From Alloascoidea hylecoeti (lineage: Eukaryota): a stretch of DNA of 64,000 bases. The DNA is taken from assembly GCA_001600815.1 (NCBI GenBank), contig BCKZ01000024.1, positions 62,001 through 126,000 on the forward strand. Direction: 5' to 3'. Shown one piece after another: positions 23,580 to 34,063 of this stretch (its first letter is position 1; each line of letters begins with the position of its first letter). The notes below the pieces were generated by a model. It saw only the letters and a list, made by a program, of their open reading frames with translations. It did no database searches and was not told the DNA's origin. The position numbers and the translations under genes are program-made.

Positions 23580-24989
23580 ATGGCTCTATCTTTGACTTCC
23601 TTTGATAGTATAATAAACGACAAATCTCCTGCGCCTTATTCACTCAAGGACCTTCAATCCTATCTTCTCAAAACACATTCCTCTGAAAACCTAAGTTTTA
23701 TACTGCTAGTTAGAGAGTATAGAAAAATATACCGTGATCTATTACATTATACCGACTCATGTGGAAAAGAATTGTCCAAGGACGGTAACAGGAAAATTCA
23801 AGAGTTGAAGAGTAAACTACAATCTATATGGAGTGATATAATAAACAATTACATTTTAACAACCGCATTTAATGAAATTAATATTCCATGTGAAGTACGA
23901 AATATTTTAATTGAGGAAGATCGGAAAATTGACTCCACAAATTTTGAGCAAGTTTCAAAGCTACCTTTACCCATGCTTTTGGAACAACCTTATCGATTAA
24001 TTAAAGATTTAATACGCGAAAGTTGCCTTTCTGGTTTTATTACATATCAACAAGATTCCGATAATGGAAAGAAAGATCACGAACTTCAACAACCACATAT
24101 TCCTTCAGCTGGAGATAATTCCGATTTGGAGATTCGCCCCTTTTTTGGTCACGAGCTAGAACCTATAATTACTTCCCCTAGCGTTTGTTCTTCACGATGC
24201 CACACTCAATCGCTTTCCACTTTATGCTCTGCTGGAACAGATGCTAATAGTTTAAATCATATCTGCCCCTTTTTCCCCAGCGACTCAGAGGAGTCTCCAG
24301 ATTCTCCTTTGTTGAATTCACAAACGACTTCAACCTCCATGACTTCAATTAGTTCATTAAACTCATCAACATGTTTAAGTAATAAAGCGTCACAAAAGAC
24401 AAAACACTTAAGCTTGATTTCGAAAGACCAATCATCCAATAGACCACGCCATAGACAGGTGCAATCAGAGCCACCTCAATTGAAAGCTACTTTCTCTTTT
24501 AATTCCAATACATCAAGTGAAACCATGGAATCAAGTCCTGCTTCTTCTTTTAACGTTCAAAGATTTTCAAGTCTCAAAAGGCTTGTTAAGAACCAGAACT
24601 CCGATCCACATGCCAATTTAGGTAGATCAAAATCTCATGGTTGGTTGCGTCATAGTTCCCGCAGAAGACCAAAGGAAACTCAATCTGTTCCTACTCTTCC
24701 CTCTATTCCTCAATCAGACTCCGTTTTTGCAACAGAAGCAACATTGTCTGGTTCACACAGAAGATCTGCCTCTGGTATTTCTGAACAAAGTACAGTTGTA
24801 TTAGATTCAATCCCAAAAGCGATGAAAGAAAGACCACACTCTTATTATCCAGGCTCAGCTGCCAATCCCTTTAATCAAATGGGTGATTCCTCATCAAACA
24901 GTTCATCAGAGTCAAACAAAGACCATCATTCATGGTTGAGTAGATCTGTTTCACAAAAGTTAAAAAATCGTATTAGGGGTGTTCATTAG
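23580..24989 (+). CDS. RGS-domain protein (Rgs2-like) with a Ser-rich disordered C-terminus
   Basis: PAPYSLKDL.SYL.KTHSSENLSF...V.EY and YI.....EINIPCEVR RGS-box motifs. Confidence 0.85.
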   Translation: MALSLTSFDSIINDKSPAPYSLKDLQSYLLKTHSSENLSFILLVREYRKIYRDLLHYTDSCGKELSKDGNRKIQELKSKLQSIWSDIINNYILTTAFNEINIPCEVRNILIEEDRKIDSTNFEQVSKLPLPMLLEQPYRLIKDLIRESCLSGFITYQQDSDNGKKDHELQQPHIPSAGDNSDLEIRPFFGHELEPIITSPSVCSSRCHTQSLSTLCSAGTDANSLNHICPFFPSDSEESPDSPLLNSQTTSTSMTSISSLNSSTCLSNKASQKTKHLSLISKDQSSNRPRHRQVQSEPPQLKATFSFNSNTSSETMESSPASSFNVQRFSSLKRLVKNQNSDPHANLGRSKSHGWLRHSSRRRPKETQSVPTLPSIPQSDSVFATEATLSGSHRRSASGISEQSTVVLDSIPKAMKERPHSYYPGSAANPFNQMGDSSSNSSSESNKDHHSWLSRSVSQKLKNRIRGVH

Positions 24990-26033
24990 ATTTATTTTCA
25001 TGGTTTCACAAAGATTTCAGTTGTCGATGCACTCGATATTGGATGATCTTAACAACTGTTATTTCTTATAACTTTATGGAATGTCGTTGAATTGTTCCAT
25101 AGTTCATTCTATGGTGTTTTTCCCTTGAAGATTTTAACTGATTTGATTATTTTACGACCTTCATTAACCATTGCATATTATACCGATCACAATTATTAAA
25201 CATTAGTAGTTTATGATAATGATAAGCCTCTGCTATTCATTATTTATTTGTTTGTTTGTTTGTTTATTGTTACTATTATTATTATTATTTTTATTACAGC
25301 TTTCACTATTATTAATATTATTATTATTGCTGCTTTATTACTATCTTTACTACTACTATTTTTTATTGTTAAATTATTTATTTGTCTATATCAACTTAAA
25401 GATATGATATGACTACTTACATTTATGTTCATAACTATTTACTTGTTTTCAGGGCATTATCATTTTCTGCATTTTATTAACATATTACGATTATATTTTG
25501 CAATTGAAAAGAGTATATAAATGCCTCTTATTATATATGTATATAAGCAATTATACGTTTTTCATCTCTTTTACCATACTTAAATTTTCCATCTTTCGTT
25601 TCATGTATTTTAAAGAATTTTATTTGGATGATAGCTAGCATGACGGTTTAACTAAAATAAACGATAATTAGAACCGTGTATTGTGCAATATTAATCATTA
25701 ATTTTACATATAATTATAATATTTAGCATACAATTCAATCATATGTGCATATGCAGTTACTATATTAGGCTTCAAGTGCTTGCGTTTGAACCTGCCACTC
25801 AATTAAATAGGCAATTAACTTTAAAACTTACAGAAATTAAGTTAGAGTACTAGATATTGCAATATTCCTATTCCACACAAATTTTACCTAATCAGTAGGC
25901 AAGATTGTCTAATAATACTACAATAGATCTTTTTCTTTCTTCCTTTCTTTCTACTCATTTTTTTCTGACTCATTTTTTAAGCTTCTCCGGCCACCCACCT
26001 ATTTATACACTGGATAGCTGGGTTTTTACTAAG

Positions 26034-26106
26034 GTACGTTCCTGGTTGAAACAGTCTAATATAATCTTATGCGTTGGTTTCACTAACTATTGAAACTATA
26101 TTAAAG
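26034..26106 (+). other. Probable 5'UTR intron of the TCP11-like gene
   Basis: GTACGT at 26034, CACTAAC at 26081, AAG ending at 26106; the first in-frame ATG is at 26235. Confidence 0.65.
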
Positions 26107-26234
26107 AAACCAACCATACACACAGATAAGCCTATATTTTAGAAGAAAGTATTCTTCTTATAGGTAGAATCAGATAAGGACTCCATTATTAATATTATTC
26201 TTTGCCGTCAATTACATCAAGTATCTGGTCAAAG

Positions 26235-29200
26235 ATGAAATCCGAAAAGAGTGTTAGTAGCTTTAGAAACAATGCCTCTGTATTGGCCTCTAACGGCACC
26301 ACCAGGTCCAAGTCCACAACTATAAATAACCAGGATCCAACAATAATATCAATGGCAAATTTTATTCCTAAGAATCAAAATGTTTCTATCGAACATACTG
26401 AATCTATTAATGATATTGATGATACAGATTCTATTGCAGTTATAAATGGAATAATAAACTCGGCATCATCTTCCCCAGCCACAACAGCATTATCGCTATC
26501 GCCACCAAAGAAATTACTTGAGCGTCTGACGCCACTTGGGAAATTTTCAAAAAGAAAAGGTAAAAGTGGTAGTGGTTCTCAATCATCTTCTGATGAAGAC
26601 TATGGAATTAACGGAACAGAATATTCTGATAACTCGGATATAGTGGGATCGGGATCTTCTGATGAACCAGACCCAATTTCCGTACCTGTACCATATGAAA
26701 ATAAACAAATGACTGGCAGACCATTAAATGAAGACTATGAAGACCATATAAAAAGAAGAGAAAAGCATTTACAGCTAATTTCTCAAAAATCGTCTGATGA
26801 GGTCACTAAGGCTAAGAGAGTTCGAGAACAAATTATTGCTAGACACGAGGCACATTCAGAACAAATGAAGCGAAAATTAAATAATAAGTTGCAGAGAGCA
26901 GAATATAGAAGAATGTCTATAACTTCTCAGAGAAAACAACTTGCTGCTAATTTTAATGAAATCATTTCTGCTCATCTTGCAATAATGAATTCCATGATTA
27001 ACGTTAGACAAATGGAAAATAGTATGGATACCTCTTCTACACCTATTGATAATCAGAAAGAAGCAAAGGAACAACCTGGGACTCACAAACCAAATACCGA
27101 AAAAGGTGATCATATTGACTCGAATGCTAGCTATAGCACCGTGAGATCACAAGGTATGCCTATAACTGGTGTAAAACACACACATTCTCATACGCCACTA
27201 AGACATCATTCAATGGGTTCGCTACATAAACATCGCCTTTCTAATATTGAAGCCAAAAATCTTATTCTGGAGTTTTTAAGAAAGAATCAAATTAGAAATC
27301 ATTGTTCAAACTTGCATCAGATTCCCTTTCTTCGTATTAAGCTTAGTGTTTTAAAGGAAAGAAGATTTAAAATTATCACCACTTTCACAAAGAAAGAGCA
27401 TAATAAATTTCATAACTTGTTAAAGTTGTTGCATCTTCCAGATTATAATATTAGGGTATTTTTACTTAGTTTTATTTTGATTAATAATGAATACAACAGC
27501 ATAAATGATGATATTATGGATGTTAATCTTATAAAACGTAGTGAGCTATTAATTCTTTCTTTGAAAAGATTTTTAAAAAGACAATCACTGGGCGCTTATA
27601 TGATTTTATATAAACGTTGGGAATCATATCTTGATGTTTTCAATCAAATTTATCAAGAAAACCTGATCGATTTAAGAAACTTGGTACAACAACAACTGAG
27701 CGATATTCAAACTATTCGTGAGATTGAACAGAGAGTTAATAACAATGCATTTTTACATGATTCGGAACCTCTAGATGCTATGGAAGAAGATTTAACAAAC
27801 AAGTTGCAAAGACTTTCTCAAGTAAAAGATCGTGTAACTCGTGAGACTACAATGTTGAAAAATTTGAAAAGCATTGCAGATATTGTAGTTGATAATGAAA
27901 CAGTTAGTAAGGAGAAAAATTCTGACAAAAACTACCTAGGTAGACCAGATTGGTATAATGAACGGGAATGGGCAAACTATGTATTTGAAGTGTTGAAACA
28001 GTACTATCTGGAAAATAAAAACATAAAAGAATTCTTTGAATTCGATAAAGTGTCAAGATGGTTCAAGAATAAATCAGCTTCTTCTCGTATCGATAAAGTG
28101 ATTGAAGAATGCATGAGTAGTGAACTTGAGTTTGGAGCAAGAGAAATAACACTTCTTAAGATTTTTGGCAAGATGTTTCTTGATATGGGATTTGATCCAA
28201 ATGCAACACCTCAAAATCATCAACAAGAACTAATGTTAAAGGATTTACAGTATCTAACTGATTATCCTTCTTTAGCACGTTTACAAAGGAAAGGAGAGTT
28301 GGATTTTCGATATTATGTTAGATCACTTGTTGAAGTGATTTATTGTCTTGCACCCTATGAAGGTTTGTCTAGTCTTCGTCGAGAAATGAATACCAAATCT
28401 GATTTTGATTATGAATCTAGAGAAACATTCGACCAATTATTATCAATATGGAAACATTATCGAATTGATGTTCATAAACATCAGCTGCAGACATTTTTCC
28501 GCATTTACAAAGGTTTACCTGATTTGATTAATTGGGAACGTATCTATTTCAAGCAGGAGTATGGACTAGATTTGATTAGGATGGAGAAATTGAGAGGGTT
28601 CATTTTGACGTATGATCACCAGTTTTCAAATAAAGTTACCGATAGAGGATTTTCACTATCTGAAAATCTTACAGATGAAGTTGCATATAATAATGAGGAC
28701 ACAAACTCAGCTGCTGATTTCAAAATGGAATATTTCACTGGTTTGTTGGTCAAACATTTATTTAATTTTGAATTTAATGAGGAACATTTTAAAGAATTAT
28801 TACCAGAAACTTTTATTTTTCAAATAGAAACACTCAATTCAAGTAGATTAAGCATTTTTAAGGTTTTGGTTGTTTCAACAATCATAAATGGAGTTAAATC
28901 ATATCTCGACATGATTGAACTTTCTAACTTTGTCAATTGGGTAGAATTTCACAAGGCTTTGGAACATGCGTTTTCCTTTACTGAGACTATAGTTCAGCAA
29001 TCGGACTCATATGATTTAGTATATGCGTTGTTAATGAATAATATTCATGAAGTTGTTACTGCAAATTCAAATATGATCGAACCTCAAGTACAAGCCAAGA
29101 TTAATTTTGTGAACAAAAAATCTCTTTTAAATATAATCATAAAATCTCTGGATCTATCAGGAACTTCGGTTTATTCAGTCTTATCCAAACGACTTGAACA

Positions 29201-29417
29201 AATGTTTGATTGTCATTTCCAATTCAAATCGAAGACTATGAGTTTTGAAGAATATCAGATAATATCTAGACGAATTGTAAAGTCCTGTTTTATATTTGAA
29301 GTAAACAATATTAATACAATATTGGAGAATCTTGAATTTATTTGGGGGGTGAATTATATGGTCTTTTGGCAAGATTATAAGTCAATTCATCGTATGGTTA
29401 GTTCAGTTAAAAGTTAA
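26235..29417 (+). CDS. Large helical protein, probably T-complex protein 11 (Sok1/TCP11-like) family
   Basis: N-terminal coiled coil (KLQRAEYRR), IRVFLLSFIL, WER.YF and LPETF motifs. The family call is from motif recall only. Confidence 0.55.
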   Translation: MKSEKSVSSFRNNASVLASNGTTRSKSTTINNQDPTIISMANFIPKNQNVSIEHTESINDIDDTDSIAVINGIINSASSSPATTALSLSPPKKLLERLTPLGKFSKRKGKSGSGSQSSSDEDYGINGTEYSDNSDIVGSGSSDEPDPISVPVPYENKQMTGRPLNEDYEDHIKRREKHLQLISQKSSDEVTKAKRVREQIIARHEAHSEQMKRKLNNKLQRAEYRRMSITSQRKQLAANFNEIISAHLAIMNSMINVRQMENSMDTSSTPIDNQKEAKEQPGTHKPNTEKGDHIDSNASYSTVRSQGMPITGVKHTHSHTPLRHHSMGSLHKHRLSNIEAKNLILEFLRKNQIRNHCSNLHQIPFLRIKLSVLKERRFKIITTFTKKEHNKFHNLLKLLHLPDYNIRVFLLSFILINNEYNSINDDIMDVNLIKRSELLILSLKRFLKRQSLGAYMILYKRWESYLDVFNQIYQENLIDLRNLVQQQLSDIQTIREIEQRVNNNAFLHDSEPLDAMEEDLTNKLQRLSQVKDRVTRETTMLKNLKSIADIVVDNETVSKEKNSDKNYLGRPDWYNEREWANYVFEVLKQYYLENKNIKEFFEFDKVSRWFKNKSASSRIDKVIEECMSSELEFGAREITLLKIFGKMFLDMGFDPNATPQNHQQELMLKDLQYLTDYPSLARLQRKGELDFRYYVRSLVEVIYCLAPYEGLSSLRREMNTKSDFDYESRETFDQLLSIWKHYRIDVHKHQLQTFFRIYKGLPDLINWERIYFKQEYGLDLIRMEKLRGFILTYDHQFSNKVTDRGFSLSENLTDEVAYNNEDTNSAADFKMEYFTGLLVKHLFNFEFNEEHFKELLPETFIFQIETLNSSRLSIFKVLVVSTIINGVKSYLDMIELSNFVNWVEFHKALEHAFSFTETIVQQSDSYDLVYALLMNNIHEVVTANSNMIEPQVQAKINFVNKKSLLNIIIKSLDLSGTSVYSVLSKRLEQMFDCHFQFKSKTMSFEEYQIISRRIVKSCFIFEVNNINTILENLEFIWGVNYMVFWQDYKSIHRMVSSVKS

Positions 29418-29492
29418 GCATTATATTAGATCTTATTTCAGGACATTGCAAATAAGATATATTTTAGGATTGTTTTACAATTTTGTTTTAGT

Positions 29493-29535
<43 letters not shown>
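29493..29535 (+). repeat. (GTT)n microsatellite
   Basis: About 14 consecutive GTT units. Confidence 0.95.
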
Positions 29536-29536
<1 letters not shown>

Positions 29537-30233
29537 ATAGATATTTGTTTTAATTCAAAAATATTGGGAACTAGGGATTGTGTTGTGGAACATCAATTTA
29601 ATGGTGGAATAAATATAGGTATACGGGTATTTTGATTTAGGTATTTTATTTTCATTTCAGCTATAATTTATTAATATTAATTTTCTTTTCATATTATTTA
29701 GTTCTATCATGATTATTGATCTGGGTAACATCATTGTTTAACCTTTTTAACATGAACCGAGGTTAAGGATGAGAATCCATTACCTATAGAATCTCTTTAA
29801 CAACAGATGAAATGTAGGAGGAGACTAATAAATGATGAGTAAAAAATATTCTTTGTAGCAGGAAAGAAGCAGACAATCTTCTACTACTCTAGATCTTGAG
29901 AAATAAGTATACGCATATCAAAAGATGTAATGTTGTAAGAAGAAATCTGAATCACACTGAAAACATGCTAAACTTTAATATAACAAACTTACAATTGGTC
30001 TCATCTTTACTAACTGTCATTCTAATGTGATGTGTTATACTTGTATCTGATAGGTAACATAACACCAAAAATCATCATAAAATTTCATGAATCACATTTT
30101 TCTATGTGTTAAAGATTATTAAAAAATAGATATATCACAATTATTTGTTTTGTCATATTTATACATCTATTTTATATAAGAGGACCAATGTTGTTATTAA
30201 TTAAAGATAATAATATTAGATTAGATCCTTGAG

Positions 30234-32081
30234 ATGTCTTTATTCCAACTCCCAACGGAATTACTGATTACAACAATGCAACAAGTTCTATTACCAGANT
30301 TTATTAATTTAACTTCAACATGTAAAGAATTACGGATTTTTTATGATGATGAAAAGTTTGACTTTTTGTTTCGAGATATTCTTGAAAACACTGAATATTT
30401 CTTAAAATATGATCCATTGCAATATCAAAAGAATAATTCACAAAGTCAGGATCGAAATCAAAATCAAACGCATATTTGGAAACAATATTCAATTGATTAT
30501 TATTCTCAAAAAAGAAAGCATTGTCAAACATTGGATATCACACCTTTTGATTTATATATTACTCCAAGTAAGGAACTGACTCCGGATCATGGAATAGAGT
30601 GGTATCAAGACAAATTACCTACGCATGGAGTGCGATTAATTGGAGCACTTCAACCACAATTACCTGCAATTGTTGCACCTAATAGGCAATCACATCAAGA
30701 TATAACAATGATATTTGATGAATATAATGATACACATAAGCTTGTTGTTGAAGATGTAACAACTCAAAGAATGTTAATATTTGATACATTAGGTGGTGTA
30801 CATCTTTCAATGGATCATCCTGACTTAAGACAAGGAAGATTAAGAAGAAATGATATTCCAGCATATATCAGAAATTATGGATTTGATGGTAATAGAAGTT
30901 CAGTTAGGAGTAATGGACAATTAAATATAGTACATAAACTCACATCATTTTTTAAATTGCCCAACAATAACGAACCAAGTATTAGTGATAATACAGAACT
31001 TGAACTTGAAAATTCTTCTGATCGAGGTTGGGTTTTTGAACCGCCGTGGACCTTCAAATTTAATGTGGTAGATAACGCAGTAGCAGTTTGGGGAGATACA
31101 ATTTATACTATTGGTTGTGATTCAGATGATAATTTTTTCGTCAATGCATATGAAAACAATCCTAATAATACATTACCTTCTATTTTATTATGGACTACTG
31201 GTGTTATAGGAGAAGAATCGGCCGAAAATAACGAACATATAAAATTATATGGATGTGAGATTTTTGTTAATCAATATTATGTGTTTGTTGTAGCACGACA
31301 ATGTATTGCCGAATCATCGGAGAGGTCAGCTATTTTTGATGGAATAATTCTTGTAGTTTTAAGGGAAACGGGGCAGTTTTTAGGAGCTCATGAATATAAG
31401 CCTTTTACCTCATGTTACAGGGTAATTGAGGGATATATTTATTGTGATTTGCATCACTATGGATTACAATATTCAAGTGATAGGCCTGTTTATCAACTTT
31501 TAACCAAGGAACTGAAAGAGTTCATAAGTGAATTAGATGTCGATACATATAATGATATGATTTCAACGGTATTGTATTCTAAGGACCATTTGGGATCGCT
31601 AGATAGAATACCGAAAGGAGTTCAGATCATTGATGAAATTATGGAAAATTGTGATCCCGATCACATACTAGAAAATAATTGGAATATACTGTTGACTATT
31701 GACAATGAATATCCACCATCTTATATCGATGACAGGGATATTACTGGTCTTCTCGGAGGACAGAATACCATTTTGCCATCACATAGTTATAAGACGCTAG
31801 CAAAAAGTTTTCAATGGATGCATTCAAATGAATATTTTTTATGCCTACGAACGGTAAAATCGATATCAACAATATTAGATGTTAATGATTATGAAAGCTC
31901 ATTCTATAATTTATTCGTCTTAATTTCTATATTAAATCTTCAAACAGGGAAATCTACAAATTATAAACTCGATTTAGCAAAGTCTAGATCAGTTGGAGGT
32001 CTCATTTGTGTTGATAATGAAATGAGGATTTACTCAATAAGCAAACCGTTTCTTAGAGCACTGGAAAGAAATACAGTTTAA
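30234..32081 (+). CDS. F-box protein with an unrecognised C-terminal domain
   Basis: N-terminal LFQLPTELL..........L..TCKELR F-box pattern; one ambiguous base at 30299. Confidence 0.7.
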   Translation: MSLFQLPTELLITTMQQVLLPXFINLTSTCKELRIFYDDEKFDFLFRDILENTEYFLKYDPLQYQKNNSQSQDRNQNQTHIWKQYSIDYYSQKRKHCQTLDITPFDLYITPSKELTPDHGIEWYQDKLPTHGVRLIGALQPQLPAIVAPNRQSHQDITMIFDEYNDTHKLVVEDVTTQRMLIFDTLGGVHLSMDHPDLRQGRLRRNDIPAYIRNYGFDGNRSSVRSNGQLNIVHKLTSFFKLPNNNEPSISDNTELELENSSDRGWVFEPPWTFKFNVVDNAVAVWGDTIYTIGCDSDDNFFVNAYENNPNNTLPSILLWTTGVIGEESAENNEHIKLYGCEIFVNQYYVFVVARQCIAESSERSAIFDGIILVVLRETGQFLGAHEYKPFTSCYRVIEGYIYCDLHHYGLQYSSDRPVYQLLTKELKEFISELDVDTYNDMISTVLYSKDHLGSLDRIPKGVQIIDEIMENCDPDHILENNWNILLTIDNEYPPSYIDDRDITGLLGGQNTILPSHSYKTLAKSFQWMHSNEYFLCLRTVKSISTILDVNDYESSFYNLFVLISILNLQTGKSTNYKLDLAKSRSVGGLICVDNEMRIYSISKPFLRALERNTV

Positions 32082-32962
32082 ACTTGGTTAATGAATTTTA
32101 TAGCTATATATGATCATCAACAATTAATATTCTAATTTAATTATAAAATAAGTTCAGGATCATCATTTACTAAAGAAAAAGAATTGGATGATGTGATAGA
32201 CAATCTATTTGTTGTACTAACACGTGAACATATTTTTCCATATTGGCGTTACGGCGGGCTACACTAAACAGGCGCCAAAAAACCTTATACGTCACTATTA
32301 TATGAATTAGTGGATCATCATTCTCTGGCAGCTATAGAACAGCCTAAAGAATTGGATATTTAGCAATATTGCTTTTACTACGCTCAAACTCATCACCAAT
32401 ATAACTATAACCTAAACTGTTTGACGTTCCAAATACACTCTAATTTTGAAGTTTAATATTAATTGTTATATCATTGAAAAATAATTGATTCATCGTGTTT
32501 GACTGATCAAAACAAAACAATAACGAAAGGAAAGTAAATCCAAAACTAGAAATGTTTAGAAGTAAATTCACAGAAAATTATAGCAGGGTTAACTGCGATT
32601 ACGTATTCATTACAGATTAATTACATAATAATAATGGTTTTAATTTACAAGTAGCCGATCTGACAAAAAAGAGTCGTGCACATTGACGCATAGCAATGTT
32701 AATCTGAAATGATTCATGAGATCGACGATACAAATCACAATTATACAATGAAGTCAGAAGTCAGATCAAAACCTCTTTTCAAATCGGGGACCAAAAGTAA
32801 ATCAGTTGGCACATTTATATTAATAGTACTAATGTCTTGTTTGCCCTTTTATATAATAACATAACTTTTAGAAACACAGAAGCCAAAATAAAGATGTATA
32901 AAACAAAATATAATTAGTAAATTTTTTAACAGAAAAGTTTAGTTTAATCATTAGAATCATGT

Positions 32963-33640
32963 CTATTTGGAGTCTTCCAGCTTAACTTGTTCCTTGGATG
33001 ACTCCAATATTTTTTGTTTCAGTTTACTGAATTCATCTCTATCCCTTGCTTCGTTTTTTTCGATGACCATAGTACGTAGCCATTTGTTCTCCATCTCAAG
33101 TTTTAGGATTTGGGTTTTCAAGCTGTCAACCTTTTCTTTAAGTTCTTTAGTTGCACGCTCCATTTGTTGTTCGCGCATCTTCTTCTTGACACGGAAACGG
33201 GCCGAAGCAGCAGTGTTACGTTTCTTTTTATCCTCTTCACTAGATACAAAATCAGGTGAAAAGGATCGTTTCTTGGAAGTAGCAGCGGCACCTCGAGGAA
33301 CTGGCAAAACGGTTGGATGGGGAGAAGGTATCGTGTAGTTTAGAGTTTGTGTTTGAGGAACAGCAAAGTCGATTTGTGATAATTCAGCAACAAGATCTAA
33401 GTTGTTGTTACTTTGAATACCAGCTGGGGATGCAACATTCTGTGTGTCAAACAACGGAGACAGGTCCATATCTGATTTCTTTTGTAGTTGTGGACCACTT
33501 CCCATGTCGAAGTCAAAGAAGTTACTATTTGAGAAAATGCTCAATTCGGCATCAAGATTCGAAGGCACCATAGCGGGTGTCTCAGAGAACATAGGCTCCT
33601 GGTTGAGATTCTGAATATAATCCTCATTGGTGAAGGACAT
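32963..33640 (-). CDS. bZIP transcription factor of the sulfur-regulator type (MetR/Cys-3/Zip1/Met28-like)
   Basis: EEDKKKRNTAASARFRVKKKMREQ basic region; leucine zipper ending LEMENKWLR; N-terminal F.N.NFFDFD activation motif. Confidence 0.85.
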   Translation of the reverse strand: MSFTNEDYIQNLNQEPMFSETPAMVPSNLDAELSIFSNSNFFDFDMGSGPQLQKKSDMDLSPLFDTQNVASPAGIQSNNNLDLVAELSQIDFAVPQTQTLNYTIPSPHPTVLPVPRGAAATSKKRSFSPDFVSSEEDKKKRNTAASARFRVKKKMREQQMERATKELKEKVDSLKTQILKLEMENKWLRTMVIEKNEARDRDEFSKLKQKILESSKEQVKLEDSK

Positions 33641-33872
33641 GATGGTTGAAGATCAAAAAGTGTAGCGAAAAAAAAAGAAAAAAAAAGAAGAGAAAATGGA
33701 AAATGTATTGAAGATATAAAATTTCGGAGATGCACACACAATTTGTATTACTAATTACCTCCTGCAGCAATCAGTTCTTGGATGACCGAAAATGGAAATC
33801 CAATCCGGACCCGCAGGTCACCCACCGCAACCGGGCCGACCACCTTACTCGGGCCCATGTCTCTCACCTGAC

Positions 33873-33910
33873 AGATGACCCGGGAACCAGTAGATGACCC
33901 GGGAACTGGT
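33873..33910. promoter_or_regulatory. Duplicated AGATGACCCGGGAAC (Reb1-like TGACCCGG) in the divergent bZIP/thioesterase promoter
   Basis: Two exact 15-bp copies in a locally GC-rich patch. Confidence 0.5.
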
Positions 33911-34063
33911 GCTACCAAGTCCCGGGCATTTAGGTCTTGCGATGGGTTTGATAAGCTTATTAGTACTAGAGTATTATTGGTTATAGGCTTGTATTTTATA
34001 TTCTTCATTCATCATCATATATTTCTTGGCTTTCTACCTTATCCCCTTCCCAATCCGTATAAA

